Assembly: GCF_009914755.1 (NCBI RefSeq)
Contig: NC_060944.1
DNA: 64,000 nucleotides
Source: the human T2T-CHM13v2.0 reference genome, Homo sapiens
Strand: one strand, 5' to 3'
Below are positions 1-12,566 of this stretch, one piece after another. A model generated the notes under the pieces. The model was given only the letters and a program-made list of their open reading frames with translations, did not search any database and was not told where the DNA came from. Position 1 is the stretch's first letter, and every line of letters begins with the position of its first letter. The position numbers were made by a program, and so were the translations under genes.

Positions 1-314
1 ATATTGATAGATCAGCTGGAACCACCCAGATTGATAAACTGGCTCATCTGATCTTGCGGCCCCCACCTAGAAACTGACTCAGCAAAAGACGACAGCTTTG
101 ATTCCCTTTGACTCATCTCCAACCCAACCAATCAGCACTCCCAACTCACTGGCCCCTCTGTGCCAAATTATCGTTAAAAACTTCAATCCCTAAATTCTCA
201 GGGAGACTGATTATAAAACTCCAGTCTCCCACAGAGGTGGCTCTGCATGAATAACTCTTTCTCTATTGCAATTCATTGTCTTGATAAATCAGCTCTTTCT
301 AGGCAGTGGGCAAG
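1..314 (+). mobile_element. ERV1 LTR, LTR8-like; runs off the window start and lacks its last ~20 bp
   Basis: Matches recalled LTR8 text (ACCACCCAGATTGATAAACTGGCTCATCTGATCTTG...CCAATCAGCACTCC...CTAGGCAGTGGGCAAG). Confidence 0.75.
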
Positions 315-754
315 ACATGAGTTTTGGGAGGGGCCGGGGACAGAATGATAAGGTTTGGCCGTGTGCCTCCATCCAAATCTCATGTTGAAATGTAATCCTC
401 AATGCTGAAAGTGGGGCCTTGTGGGAGGTGATTGTATCATGGGGGCAGTTTTGTCTCATGGTTTAACAGCATCCCCCCTTGGTTGTCACGATAGTGAGTT
501 CTCATGAAATCTGGTCGTTTCAAAGAGTGTGACACCTCTCCCCACTTCCTCCTGCTCCAGTTATATGATGTGCCAGCCCCCTTCACCATCTACCATGATT
601 GTAAGTTTCCTGAGGCTACCCCAGAAGCTGAGCAGATGCCAGCACTATCTTTCCTGTACAGCCTGTGGAACCACAGGGCAATTAAACATCTTTTCTTTAT
701 AAATTACCCCTTCTCAGCTATTTCTTTATAGCAGTGTGAGAACAGAGTAATACA
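315..754 (+). mobile_element. MaLR MST (MSTA/B-like) 3' LTR (346-754) preceded by ~30 bp of internal/PPT sequence
   Basis: ACATGAG..GGGAGGGGCCGGGGACAGAA is followed by TGATAAGGTTTGGC... and ends ...TTTCTTTATAGCAGTGTGAGAACAGAGTAATACA. Confidence 0.85.
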
Positions 755-973
755 CACGTTAGGATGTTACCTTTAGTTTCCATAGGGAATCAAACATCTA
801 GTGACTCTAACTTCCTTGGCTATTGTTTCAAGCTATTATTACCTTCTTGCATATCAAGTTGCTCTCAGGGCTAGCCAGGTGTCTGGAATTTCCCTTGAAG
901 GAACTCAAGATTTTCTTTTATTTCCATGCTTGGAGGGCCCGTAGCCTCCAAGAGGAGTCCCTGTTGTGTCTCA
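755..973 (-). mobile_element. ERV1 LTR 5' portion (LTR23/LTR24/LTR36-like)
   Basis: The reverse complement begins TGAGACACAACAGGGACTCCTCTT...CAAGCATGGAAATAAAAGAAAATCTTGAGTTCCTTCAAGGGAAATTCCAG. Confidence 0.55.
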
Positions 974-1039
974 CAGTGATTTGGAACAGCAAGGCTGAAG
1001 ACCATGTGGTTTCATGCCTGGAGGCAGGACTGCTAGTTG

Positions 1040-1355
1040 TTTTTTTTTTTTGTTTGTTTTGTTTTTTTTTTTTGAGATAGAGTCTTGCCCTGTCACTTAG
1101 GCTGGAGTGAAGTGGCGCAATCTCAGCTCACTATAACCTCCACCTCCCAGTTTCAAACAATTCTCCTGCCTCAGCTTCCTGAGTAGCTGATATTATATGC
1201 ACGAGCCACCATGCCTTGCTAATTTTTGTACTTTTAGTAGAGACAGGGTTTCACCATGTGGGCCAGGCTGGTCTTGAACTCCTGATCTCAAGTCATCTGC
1301 TGGCCTCGGCCTCCTTAAGTGCTGGGATTACAGGCATGAGCCACCACACCTGGCC
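1040..1355 (-). mobile_element. Full-length AluS
   Basis: T-rich tail, both arms and terminal TGGCC are present; AGTTGTTTT is repeated on both flanks. Confidence 0.93.
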
Positions 1356-1374
1356 CCACCAGTTGTTTTCTTTC

Positions 1375-1570
1375 CAAAGTCAAGTTCAAAAACCCAGGGC
1401 TGAGTTGATGGTATCAGTCACATGGGAGAGCTTTAAGTTACAGATTCCTGGCTGTCTACCTCAGAGTTTGTAATTTAGTAGGTCAGAAGAGGGCCCTAGG
1501 AATCTCAGTTTTTTTTTTTTTTTTAAAGTTCACTGGGTGATTTGGATGTGCAGCTGGGATGGGTAACCAA
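1375..1570. mobile_element. MER5-like hAT-Charlie DNA transposon
   Basis: Contains ACAGATTCCTGG..CCTCAGAG..TTTAGTAGGTC..GGGCCCTAGGAATC..GGTGATTTGGATGTGCAGC. Confidence 0.65.
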
Positions 1571-1969
1571 TGATACGGAAAAATAAAGAATTTCTTACAT
1601 ATGCAAATCTGATGCTAGTTGTTGCCAAATTGTCATCTAGTCGGTACAAAATGGAAATTGGCATCTCAAATGAAAATAAAAAAATATCTTTTTTCTTGTT
1701 GGCATCATTTGGTTGGCTTCCAAAAATTTAATGATTTCAACAGAGAAAAAGGGAAAATGTGTATAATCATTTCAGAACATCCCTATTCATCACTTTAAAA
1801 TTCTATTTAGTATTATGAAAATAGCACAAGCATATAGAAAACAGTTCAAACAGTAAAAAGATATGCAATGAAAAGTGAGCTTTTCTTCTATTTTGGACTT
1901 CCAGTCTCATTCTTTGGAGGAAATTTTTGTTAACAATGTCTTATCAATATTTCCAGAAAATTTCTAGGT

Positions 1970-1973
<4 letters not shown>

Positions 1974-2009
<36 letters not shown>
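1974..2009 (+). repeat. (CA)18 microsatellite within an old L1M 3' fragment
   Basis: Read directly from the sequence. Confidence 0.95.
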
Positions 2010-2011
<2 letters not shown>

Positions 2012-2099
2012 CTACATATTTTTTCTTTGTGAAAGCAGGGGAAATGTGACCAAACTGTTTGTACCAGGCTTTTTCTTATTACTGTGTGTCTTGGTTAGC

Positions 2100-2500
2100 C
2101 ATGTATGGAAAAGTGTATTTTTACCCTGAGATCTACCATTTCCCAAGCCCCTGCCACCCCTCCCATTGAGAGGTGAGATTTATGGCTCTTTCTTTCGAAT
2201 CTGGGTGGGCTTTAGACTATGTTGAAAGTGATACTATGTGACTTTTGAGGCTAAATCATGAAAAGTAATACAACTACCACCTGGTCCTCTTGGCATTCTC
2301 ACTCAAGAACCCAGCTGCCATGCTGTGAAGATGTAGAGAGACGACATGGAGAAGTCATGTTTAGGTTTTCTCGCCAACAGCCCTAGCTGAAGTCCAAGCC
2401 AACAGTCAGCATCAACTTTGGGAAATGTGAGGGACAAACTTGAGATGATTCCAGCCTCCAGCCTTCAGGCCACTCCACTGTGGAACACAGATGAACTGCA
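2100..2500 (+). mobile_element. MLT1-family LTR (MLT1E/F-like)
   Basis: CCCCTCCCATTGAGAGGTG..GAATCTGGGTGGGC..GTGACTTTTGAGGCTA..AACCCAGCTGCCATGCTGTGA. Confidence 0.65.
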
Positions 2501-2611
2501 AAGGAATTGGAGACAGAATGTCCTGATCCCATTTAAGGGCTCACAGCAGGATTTACAGGAGGGTGGTATAACCTGTGTGTCATTCATGGGTGATCTTGAG
2601 CCAATCACTAT

Positions 2612-3050
2612 GTGTTAGTTTAGCTAGTCTAGGCAACACTGCAAGAGCAAACAAATCTTCATATCTCCCAACTTCACAACATACACGTTTATTTCTCACT
2701 CTCATTGCAATCCCATGAGAGTCAGGCAGCTCTCTTTCCTATCATAACTTAGAGATCCAGTTTCCTTCTCTGTGGTGTCTCTTCTATCTTTGAGAACTTT
2801 CTTGGAATCCTTTATTGTATTCTCTTCATTTGGCTGGCCTAAGAGTGGAAAAAGAGGGCATGGAAAAATCACATGGGAAATTATATGGCTTGGCCTTATA
2901 TGAACTACATCAGTTCTGCCCACAATCCAGTGTGGCAGACAAAAATATATGGCCCCCTCCTAACTGCAAGGGAGTCTGGGAAATGTAGTCTTTTTGAGTA
3001 CCTAGGTAGAGGACACAAAAGTGGTGGGTGTCTGGCCAGTTTCTGCCGCA
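2612..3050 (-). mobile_element. MLT1-family LTR (MLT1J/K-like)
   Basis: Reverse of a MaLR 3' terminus (TGTGTTAGT..CTAGGC..TTTATTTCTCACTC); also contains CTAACTGCAAGGGAGTCTGGGAAATGTAGTC. Confidence 0.55.
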
Positions 3051-3659
3051 CCATGCCTCAATTTCCTCTCTTTAGATGAGAATAATAATGAAGTCAACCT
3101 CCTCAGGTTGCTGTGAAGATCAAACTATAAGAAATTGTCTTATATCTGAAGTTGAATGGACTAGACGCATTTTAGGTATTATGGTATTTCCCATCAGAGA
3201 AAGATACCTGAGACACTTTCCCTCAACAGTCCAGGGGCCCCATAAATGATGAACAATGATAGGCCACTGTTCCTTCCCTGGGCTATCCTAAATGTAACCA
3301 CTGGCAACCACTGCCCTAATGCCAATGCCGAGAATGCTTCTCCCCCCACGGGTGGAGAGAGTAACGTGTTACAAAAGCAGCCCACCCACGTTCTATTAGG
3401 CTCAGAGAAAAGACTCACAGGAACACAGCTGGCCCCTCACCAGACAACATTCAAGTGGGACATTAAGCAGAGATACACTTGTTCTTTTTCTCTCCAGCTT
3501 TGTACCACACTGATGGCTACCCATGCTCTCTTTCCACAGCAGCATATACATTTCAGATGAATGAGAGCAAGAGAAAATATTAAGTTAAAGACCCGGGAGC
3601 AAACATTGGCAACTCTCTTAGGATCTGGTGGTTCACAGTCTTTCTTGTCCATTCCCTCA

Positions 3660-3800
3660 GTAAAAATATTTAAGTTCTGGAAAATCTCAATCTTCTCACT
3701 GGTAAAATGGGGATGATAATGATATCTGAGCTGCAGAGCATACACAGTTGTGGGGAGGATCAGGTAAGGGAATGCTTAAAAAGGGCTTTGTAAAGTTTAT
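3660..3800 (+). mobile_element. MIR fragment
   Basis: Core motif CTCAATCTTCTCACTGGTAAAATGGGGATGATAAT. Confidence 0.6.
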
Positions 3801-3819
3801 AAACTGCCCTAAACAGAGG

Positions 3820-3960
3820 TGAGTATAATGGCTCAATCATGATTCACAGCAGTCTCAAACTCTTGTGTTCAAGCAATCCTCCCACCTTAGCTTTTCCAAG
3901 TTGCTGGGACTATAGGCATACCCCACCACTCCTAGCTAATTTTTCTTTCTTTTTTCTTTC
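3820..3960 (-). mobile_element. AluJ-like right arm plus linker (tail missing)
   Basis: CAAGCAATCCTCCCACCTTAGC..GCTGGGACTATAGGC..CTAATTTTT. Confidence 0.75.
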
Positions 3961-3978
3961 TAAGCCTAACCCCCTTCT

Positions 3979-4280
3979 TTTTTTTTTTTTTTTTTTTTTT
4001 GAGATGGAGTCTTGCTCTGTCACCCAGTCTGGAATGTAGTGGCATGATCTTGGCTCACTGCAAGCTCCGCTTCCTGGGTTGAAGTGATTCTCCTGCCTTA
4101 GCCTCTGGAGTAGCTGGGACTACAGGCATGTGTGACCAAGCCTGGCTAATTTTTGTATTTTTGATAGAGACGAGGTTTCACCATGTTGGCCTGGCTCAAA
4201 CTCCTGGCCTCAAGTTATCTGCCCACCTTTGACTCCCAAAGTGTTGGGGGTATTACAGGTGTGAGCCACTGCGGCTGGAC
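3979..4280 (-). mobile_element. Full-length AluS with ~16-bp TSD
   Basis: Poly-T and both arms are present; TSD is AGCCTAACCCCCTTCT (3963-3978) / AGCTTAACTCCCTTCT (4281-4296). Confidence 0.92.
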
Positions 4281-4393
4281 AGCTTAACTCCCTTCTAAGT
4301 CTAACCCACCTCCTTATTCCTTACTGGTAGGGGGGTCCACTGCACGGTCACCACATCCGTTATTTCATTCTGGGTCCTGAACTTTCAGCTGCA

Positions 4394-4521
4394 TTTTTTT
4401 TTTTTCAGAGAGGAGTCTCTCTCTGTTGCCATATTGCTCTTGAAACCCTGGGGTCAAGCAATCCTCCTGCCTCCACCTCCCAAAATGCTGAAATTACAGG
4501 CATGAGCCACCAAACCTGGCC
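4394..4521 (-). mobile_element. AluJ left arm or FLAM
   Basis: T-run followed by CAAGCAATCCTCCTGCCTC..AATGCTGAAATTACAGGCATGAGCCACC..CCTGGCC. Confidence 0.8.
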
Positions 4522-7500
4522 ATAATCATCCCTTCTTTATACCCCTCTTCCCACTACCTTTTCTCTGATTATAAAATTTCTGTATAAATCTTGGAAAAGA
4601 TGAGAAATAATAATTATAACTTCTGCTTACTGAATAATTTCTATGTCCAACTGATTTGCCCTCATGGACGGGTGGTACAGTTCTGCCCTCCTACTTGGAT
4701 AGCAGACAGCTGAGCAGGCCTGTGAGATTCCAGGTTGTGAAGCCGCTTGCTTAATCTGCCTATTTCCAAAGGAAGTAGCTCATCAGTTTCACGACACGTG
4801 TCAAGGGCCTTAAAAGCATCCTTTTCCTTTGACCCTGTACATTTCCTCCTAAGAAACTTCCTTAAACACACAGTCTTTACCACAGCCCAGGTTTATGGCC
4901 AAATATTAAAAGATGGCTGCTTCAGAGGTATTTATAAAAGTAGGAAATTAAAAATTTAAATGTCTGTCATTAAGGTAATTGGTAAGTAAATCATGGAACA
5001 TTCACACAGTGACATGTTTTATGACCTCTAAGGCTCGTATTTATGTTATACTTCTAATGACATAGAAAATTGTTTATTATGTAAAGGTTCACAGGATGGG
5101 CAATGCTACATACAGTTTTATGTCAACTGTGCTAAAAATGTATAGAATAATAGCAGGGAAGAAACAGGCCAAAATGAACTGTATTGGTTTTGGGTGGTAG
5201 AATTATAAGAGACTTATTTTTCTGTGTGTTTCCCTCCCCTACACCGCCTCCCGCTTTCCCATACCTTAAAAAGTTTCTACGTGGAGCAAGATTAGAAAAA
5301 AAAAATAAATTAAAATGGTTAATATAAAGTTCAAAATCCCCCAAATCTCACTCTCAAACTGACATTCCCTATCTTAACTCTCTTTGTCTCACCTATTTAG
5401 TTTCATTTACTTTTCCTTATAAATGCGTAGGTTGCCACTGATGCGCTCAGAATGAGGTGAAATTCAATTCAAAATACATAAAAACCACAGCCACCCACTC
5501 ACTAAGCCTTCATGTGCCAAGGAATATTCAAAGGAACTGAGACGTAAGTGGTTCTCATATTAAATTCCCACCTTCAGTCACAAGTTAGGGAGCACAGTTG
5601 AATGTTTTTTATAATACTAAACATATCTTTTGCAAACAAGAGTAAGAGAAAAAGAACGTTTATCATGAATCCAATTATAACTGCAGCCTTTTAGAAATGA
5701 ACTGCTGCAAAGAATCAGGTCAATGAAGAGAGTACAAGTTTGCCGAAGATACAAACAGCTTTGGTTTCCTTTAGAACTTGACAATTGCTGTTAAGGCTCA
5801 GAGGAGTCTTGTGTGAGTGCAGACTGAATATTCCTTCAAGGTTCTTGCTTGGAGGATAGTCCATGAAAACAACCTACAGCCAGGATTTCCAAACCTCGTC
5901 AGAAGAGGAATGCCCATAGGGGGACTTGTTTTCAGGATCATCTTGTCTAGCTTATCTGTTCGTGCTGGCTACCCCCAGAGCCACCTTGAAGTTAAATAAC
6001 ATACAGAGTGACTGCTGAGCAGAAGCCAATGAAGTATGATGTGTATTAAATATCATTCAATGTATCCATTTGTGCCAGAAACAAAGGCAAGAGTATTACT
6101 TATTTCTAAGCGTCAATATTTTATGAGGCCTTGCAGAGCCCTTAACAACTGGGACCCTACACATATTTACTCTACATCAGAAGATGAGTCAAGTGTAGAC
6201 TTCGTTTATTAGAAATTGTCTCAAAACTCAAAATGTTGGTTTTGCTTGGGGTGTGGACTCAGTGAATGCTCTTGGTGTTTGCTGACCCTGACAACCTCAG
6301 AGACATCCATGCTCAAAATAAATCTCCAGATTGAGCACTTTATTGCTTTCTGAACTTTTCTGATTAATAGCTGATGTCAGTCCATATATCAAGTGGGGCT
6401 GGTGTTTATCACGTGGCCTTGAACTGTTTTGGGAACAGAAGTGTTTGCTAAGTAGGATGTTATATATGAGATAGTGTAGCTTTGAGACTCAACCACTGTT
6501 TACTTGGTTTGGTAAGACTACCATTTCCTTGCCTCTCTCCTCCTCTGCACTCACAAGGGGTTCACCAGCTCCTCTTACCTTCCTGGGCTCGTTCTCACAT
6601 TTCCCTTGCTGTCTGTCTGACCGGTTCTGGTTAAGGCACTGCCTTTCTTGTTTGAAGCCCAGAATCTGTGTATATAAGTTATTATGGCAGGTTCTGCCAT
6701 GTTTCCTGTCATGAATTTCCTGCTATGGTGACCTGATGTGTACCCCTGCACACTCTTAAACCTGGAAACCCACTCTGCTCTTTCACGATCCCTGCCAGAT
6801 ATTTAAGCCCTGCCCTGAAACCCGAGGATAGGCCTTTCAGGTGCCAACCACTTCTAAGTCTAACCCACCTCCTATTCCTTTCTGGTGGGAAGGTGCATAA
6901 AATGGTCACCACATGTGTTCTTTTATTCTGGGTCCCCACAATGAAATGGCTGCATTTTTGAAATTCAGCCTACCCTGGGGACAGCTTCAGGGAGATACTC
7001 CTCCTTAAGAAGATGCTTTTTAGATGACTCAGCTCCACTCCTCAGATCCAAGAGATGACATTGACTAACTCAAGTGACTGCTACCCAGAAGCTGGTGCAA
7101 GTTGAAAAGTGGACCTTCTTGGGCAGCTTCCAATGATAGCAGCTTGTGTTCACTCTGTGTGAGTGAGACTGAAACAACAAGATTCAGAAGAAGAGCTAGA
7201 TCTCCTTGCATGAAAGGAAGGTCATTCAGGAAAGTAAACAAAATTACAAGGGTAGTTTTACAGCCTCTGATGATGGGGATGGTACTGCCAAATATCCTCA
7301 CTAATATCATGAGATTGTATAGTCAACTGTGAAATTGTCCACCTTCCTAAATAGAAAGACAAAATACAGATTATCTAAGGAGACTCCTTCCTGTGTGGGG
7401 AAGCTGGATCATATGGCCCAGATCTGTTCTCCCAAAACTAACCTTCTTGGAGCTTTCTCATTTATGTTCTGGCTCAAATGGGCATATAGCCCTTTCTCTT

Positions 7501-7868
7501 AATAGTGTAATTGAGAAAAGACTGACTTTCCATAAAGGCTTCTGGGTTGCAAAATGGACGTGCACACCAAAAAGAACCATAAATTAGAAAATCTGACTGT
7601 AAGGTACAGTAGTTTTTAATTTTTTTTTACATTTTTAATTCTTGGCTTGGTATGTTTGACAGAGGGTGCACTCTTCTTAGGCCTTGGCTTGCTGCTATAT
7701 TGGACCCTGGATAGAGGTTGGGAAGTCCATGGATGAATTTTACCAAGGTCCACAGGTCCCCTGAGATTGTAATTGAATGCCTTTGTGCCTATTTATTTTT
7801 TGGGAATAGAGTTCATAGCTTTCATGATATTCTCAAAGATGCTTTTGTATTCCCAAAATACAAAGATA

Positions 7869-7912
7869 TTATAGGCATCTTAGTTATAGGCATTTAGTTA
7901 TATGCATCTTAG
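7869..7912 (+). repeat. Three tandem copies of a ~15-bp unit (TTATAGGCATCTTAG)
   Basis: Read directly; one copy has a deletion and one has a substitution. Confidence 0.85.
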
Positions 7913-9122
7913 TCCCTATAACTGAATCCCATGCACCTGGTCATCTCCACTATTCAAAGACAAGAAAGAGAAAGCAAGAAAGCAAGAGTCAGTGGATGGA
8001 AACTCCCTCCAGCTTCCTTCCTTGGGTGATTTACTCCAAGAATGATTACTTTTTTCAAGGTGGGCCAACCCGTGCTGATAATCAACTCAAAATACAACTC
8101 CAATAGGAATAGCATCCCAACATTTAGGATCATGTTCTATTATAGGGCCAACCTCTACCCACTCTGGAAAATATTCCATATAAATCAAAGTTCTTCATTT
8201 TATGCTCTAAGACAGGGAACAATTTTCTTGCACATCTTTTCTTCCTGGACCTCAAATGAATTGGGTTTTTAGAATGTCAAGCAAATTTTGTCTTGATAGA
8301 CACTCAGTGGGGAGAACTTTAATCTGTTGTATGTTCTCAGAAGGTTAGATCAATTAATATTGTAGAAACAATACCGCATGTAGTCTCAGGGATAGCTGTG
8401 AATATAAAATGAGACATTAGCTTAATTACCCCCAATGAATGGCTTATTGTCTTTGCCAGCAAATATGGCTCATGGGTAATTGGCAAAATCACACAGATGA
8501 ATCTCCAAAGAATCCATGTTGGGCTATTAGGGGATCAGTGGCAAAAAACACTGGTTTCAGTTTGATTGATCAGATGTTGATAGTAAATGATGGAGTCATT
8601 GTGAACTAAAATGACAGTTTGGATGTCCTTTGGAAAGAATGCTACCCTTGGAATGGAGAGGCCAGAGTTCTGGAGCTGTATTGGGCACCCACCAGGTGTG
8701 TAAACATAGATAAGTCACCTGGTCTGGCTGGATGCCTGTCTGGGTTCTCATCTGTAGAAAGAGTCTCCCTAAGAGCAGCTTTGACTTCTGTGAGTCTATT
8801 GGCTGTACAAATTTGAGTGACTCTGAAAAAGTCTTGGAGAGAACAAATGGCCTTAAATGTTGGTAAAAAGAGCAAGTGACAGAACAATTGTACTATGAGT
8901 TGGGGGTTGTACTAATATAGGTCTCAAACAATGGTCAATTTAAAAAACTGTTGGGACAGTGATGATCTTAATTCACTATCTGAGATGTTCAAGTGGGCAT
9001 TTCTGAATATATCAAATGATTGCATAATTTCCCACATATCTTTGTCTCTATCAGGCAAGCAAACTTGAATTGATCCCCAGAACAAGAAAGAATCATAAAC
9101 ACATTTATTAATTAGCATCACA

Positions 9123-9635
9123 TTTTTTTTATTATACTTTAAGTTCTAGGGTACATGTGCACAATGTGCAGGTTTGTTACATATGTATACATGTGCCATG
9201 TTGGTGTGCTGCACCCATTAACTCGACTTTTACATTAGGTATATCTCTTAATGTTATCCCTCCCCCTTCCTCCCACCCCCAACAGGCCCTGGTGTGTGAT
9301 GTTCCCCTTCCTGTGTCCAAGTGTTCTCATTGTTTAATTCCCACCTATGAGTTAGAACATGCAGTGTTTGGTTTTTTGTCCTTGTGATAGTTTGCTGAGA
9401 ATGATGATTTCCAGCTTAATCCATGTCCCTACAAAGGACATGAACTCATCCTTTTTTATGGCTGCATAGTATTCCATGGTGTATATGTGCCACATTTTCT
9501 TAATTCAGTCTATCATTGATGGACATTTGGGTTGGTTCCAAGTCTTTGCTATTGTAAATAGTGCCGCAATAAACATACATGTGCATGTGTCTTTATAGCA
9601 GCATGATTTATAATCCTTTGGGTACATACCCAGTA
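9123..9635 (-). mobile_element. 5'-truncated L1PA5/6-like 3' end (~0.5 kb)
   Basis: Typical L1PA 3'UTR (TTATTATACTTTAAGTTCTAGGGTACATGTGCAC...) plus the ORF2 C-terminus. Confidence 0.9.
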
Positions 9636-10859
9636 TGTGGTATTGGAACCACTCTCTCCTTCACTCATGGCAGTGATCTGAAGTAACAGGTGTACATTGG
9701 ACAACTGTGAAGTAAATTTTAGGCTTATATTTCCTGGGAGGATTCAGATTCACTCAACTTCTGCCCTCAGGGACAAGGCACAAGGTCCTAAGCCAGTGAA
9801 ATACTATTTTCTAAATAGCTCTAGATTGGGGCCTGAGTGGCAGACATGTGGAATGATTTTCATTTGCAGATGTTGCTCAGCAGTTTAAGCAACCTCCATC
9901 AGTCTTGCCAATTATGCACATCTTCCTCCCAGCTCTAACTTGATAATTTATTGTTTCCAAAACCTGAAGCAATCCTGGCTCAGTGGTGATTTAGCAAAAG
10001 CTGAGTGTCTTCACTTGAAATGTCTACCAGCAAACTCAGATTTGAGCCCCGGAAATATTTTTGATGGATAAAATTTACAGTAATCCCATTCAAACTGTGA
10101 TCCAACAGAAGGCACCATTTATAAGTATTTACCAATGGGACTAAGGAGAGCAGAGTACAGAACAATAAGAAGACATCCAACTGAAAATAAATGCAGTCAT
10201 CTTATCCCTCATGGGTTGAAAGTTTTGCTTAGACTCAGCCAGTGACCTGAGAAATTTTTGGCTAGAAAGGTGGTACATCAAAATGTTTCTGAGTAAAATA
10301 ATTTTCAGCAAATATTGTTGTCAAACATAAGCATTGTACTAAGCAGGACACAAATGCAAATCAGGTACAGATATTCTATCATAAACGAGCTTAAGGGGGA
10401 GATGAGTTCATAAGTAACCAGAACATGTAGTGCTATGGGTAGGAATATTTGAGAGGGAGGAAAGAGTCAGAGCCATGGAACAGCGGTAGAAAATGCTAGA
10501 TGTGCACAGGAAACTGTAAGCTTAGCTTGGTTGGAAACTGGGCTGAAAGAATAGACTGGAGTCAGAAGCAGTTCATGTTGCTTTTGTTACCACAGGCTGG
10601 AATGACATTAACCTTTTGAAAGCTAACACGTTGGCCTATCATATAGAGCCTTTGGACTGTTGGAGGCCTCTGGTAGTCAGGAGGTCCCCAGGAGGCCATA
10701 TCCCAGCTGGATTGTCTTTCAATAGTTTTGAGATACTCATTGAACACCTGCGTAAAAGTATTCTACAAGGCCTTACAAGAAATGCTAAAAAGAATCTCTT
10801 CTAAGAATCTTGAAGTGTAGAAACAGTTATAAGTATCTTAACAGAGGTCCAAGGAAAGA

Positions 10860-10970
10860 CAAAATAGACACTGAAGGGGCATTTGGTGAATGTCAGTATC
10901 TGTTTCTTTTATAATAAAACTCTTTGAACTAGAAAGAGAAGGATGGGTCTTTAATTTGATAAAGGATAAT
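10860..10970 (+). mobile_element. Old L1M ORF2 fragment, left half; continues at ~24425
   Basis: Resembles DNA coding for [12 protein letters not shown]...[16 protein letters not shown]. Confidence 0.55.
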
Positions 10971-11380
10971 TATGGGGGGCATTCACTGTTTTGGATCATT
11001 CTATATACTTTAAAATTGTTTTATAACTTTTTATTTCAATAGGTTTTTGGGGAACAGGTGATGCTTGGTTGCATGAATAAGTTCTTTAGTGGTGATTTCT
11101 GAGATTTTGGTACACTCATCACCCAAGCAGTATACACTGTATCCAATGTGTAGCCTTTTAGCCCTTGCCACCCCCCATCCTTTCCCCCAAACCCCCAAAG
11201 TCCAATATATCATTCTTATGCTTTTGTGTCCTCATAGTTTAGTTCCCACATATGAGTGAGAACATACAATGTTTGGTTTTCCATTCCTGAGTTACTTCAC
11301 TTAGAATGATAGTCTCCAATCCATCCAGATTGCTGTGGATGCCATTATTTCATTCCTTTTATGGCTGAGTAGTATTCCAT

Positions 11381-11381
<1 letters not shown>

Positions 11382-11441
<60 letters not shown>
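11382..11441 (+). repeat. Compound (GT)n(AT)n microsatellite in the L1PB 3' region
   Basis: Read directly from the sequence. Confidence 0.95.
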
Positions 11442-12566
11442 CACATTTTATCCACTCAATTGATGGCATTTGGGCCGGTTCCATATTTTTGCAATTGCAA
11501 ATTGTGCTGCTATAAATGTGTGTGCAAGTATTTTTTTGTTTAATGACTTCTTTTCCTCTGGGTAGATACCTAGTAGTAGGATTGCTAGATCAAACAGTAG
11601 ATCTACTTTTAGTTCTTTAAGGAACATTCACAATGTTTTTCATAATGGTTGTACTAGTTTACATTCCCACCAACAGTGTAAAAGTGTTCCCTTTTCGTTG
11701 CATCCACATCAACACCTATTATTATTTTTATTTTTTTCATTATGGCCATTCTTGCAGGAGTGAGGTGGTATTGCATTGTGGTTTGATTTGCATTTCCCTG
11801 ATAATTAGTGATGTTGAGCATTTTTCCATATGCTTTTTGGACATTTGCATATCTTCTTTTGAGAATGGTTAATGATTTATTCATGTCCTTAGCCCACTTT
11901 TTGATGGGATTGTTTGTTTTTTACTTGTTTATTTGTTTGAGTCTCTTGTAGATTCTGGATATTAGTCCTTTGCCAGATGTATAGATTGTCAAGACTTTCT
12001 CCCACTCTGTGGGTTGTCTGTTAACTCTGCTGATTATTTATTTTGCTGTGCAGAAGGTTTTTAGTTTAATTAAGTCCTATCTATTTATCTTTGTTTTTGT
12101 TGCATTTGCTTTTGGGTTTTTGTTCATGAAGTCTTTGCCTAAGCCAATAACTAAAAGGATTTTTTAGATGTTATCTTCTAGAATATTTGTGGTTTCAGGT
12201 CTTAGATGTAAGTCTTTGATCCATTTTGAGTTGATTTTTGTATAAGGTGAGAGATGGGGATATGGTTTCATTCTTCTACATGTGGCTAGCCAATTATCCC
12301 AGCACCATTTGTTGAATAGGGTGTCCTTTCCCAACTTTATGTTTTTGTTTGCTTTGTCAAACATCAGTTGGCTGTAACTATTTGGCTTTATTTCTCTATT
12401 CTGTACCATTGGTCTATTTGCCTATTTTTACACCAATACTATGCTGTTTTGGTGACTGTGGCCTTATGGTATAGTTTGAAGTCAGGTAATGTGATGCCTC
12501 CAGATTTGTTCTTTTTGATTAGTCTTGCTTTGGCTATGTGGGCTCTTTTGTGGTTCCATATTAATT

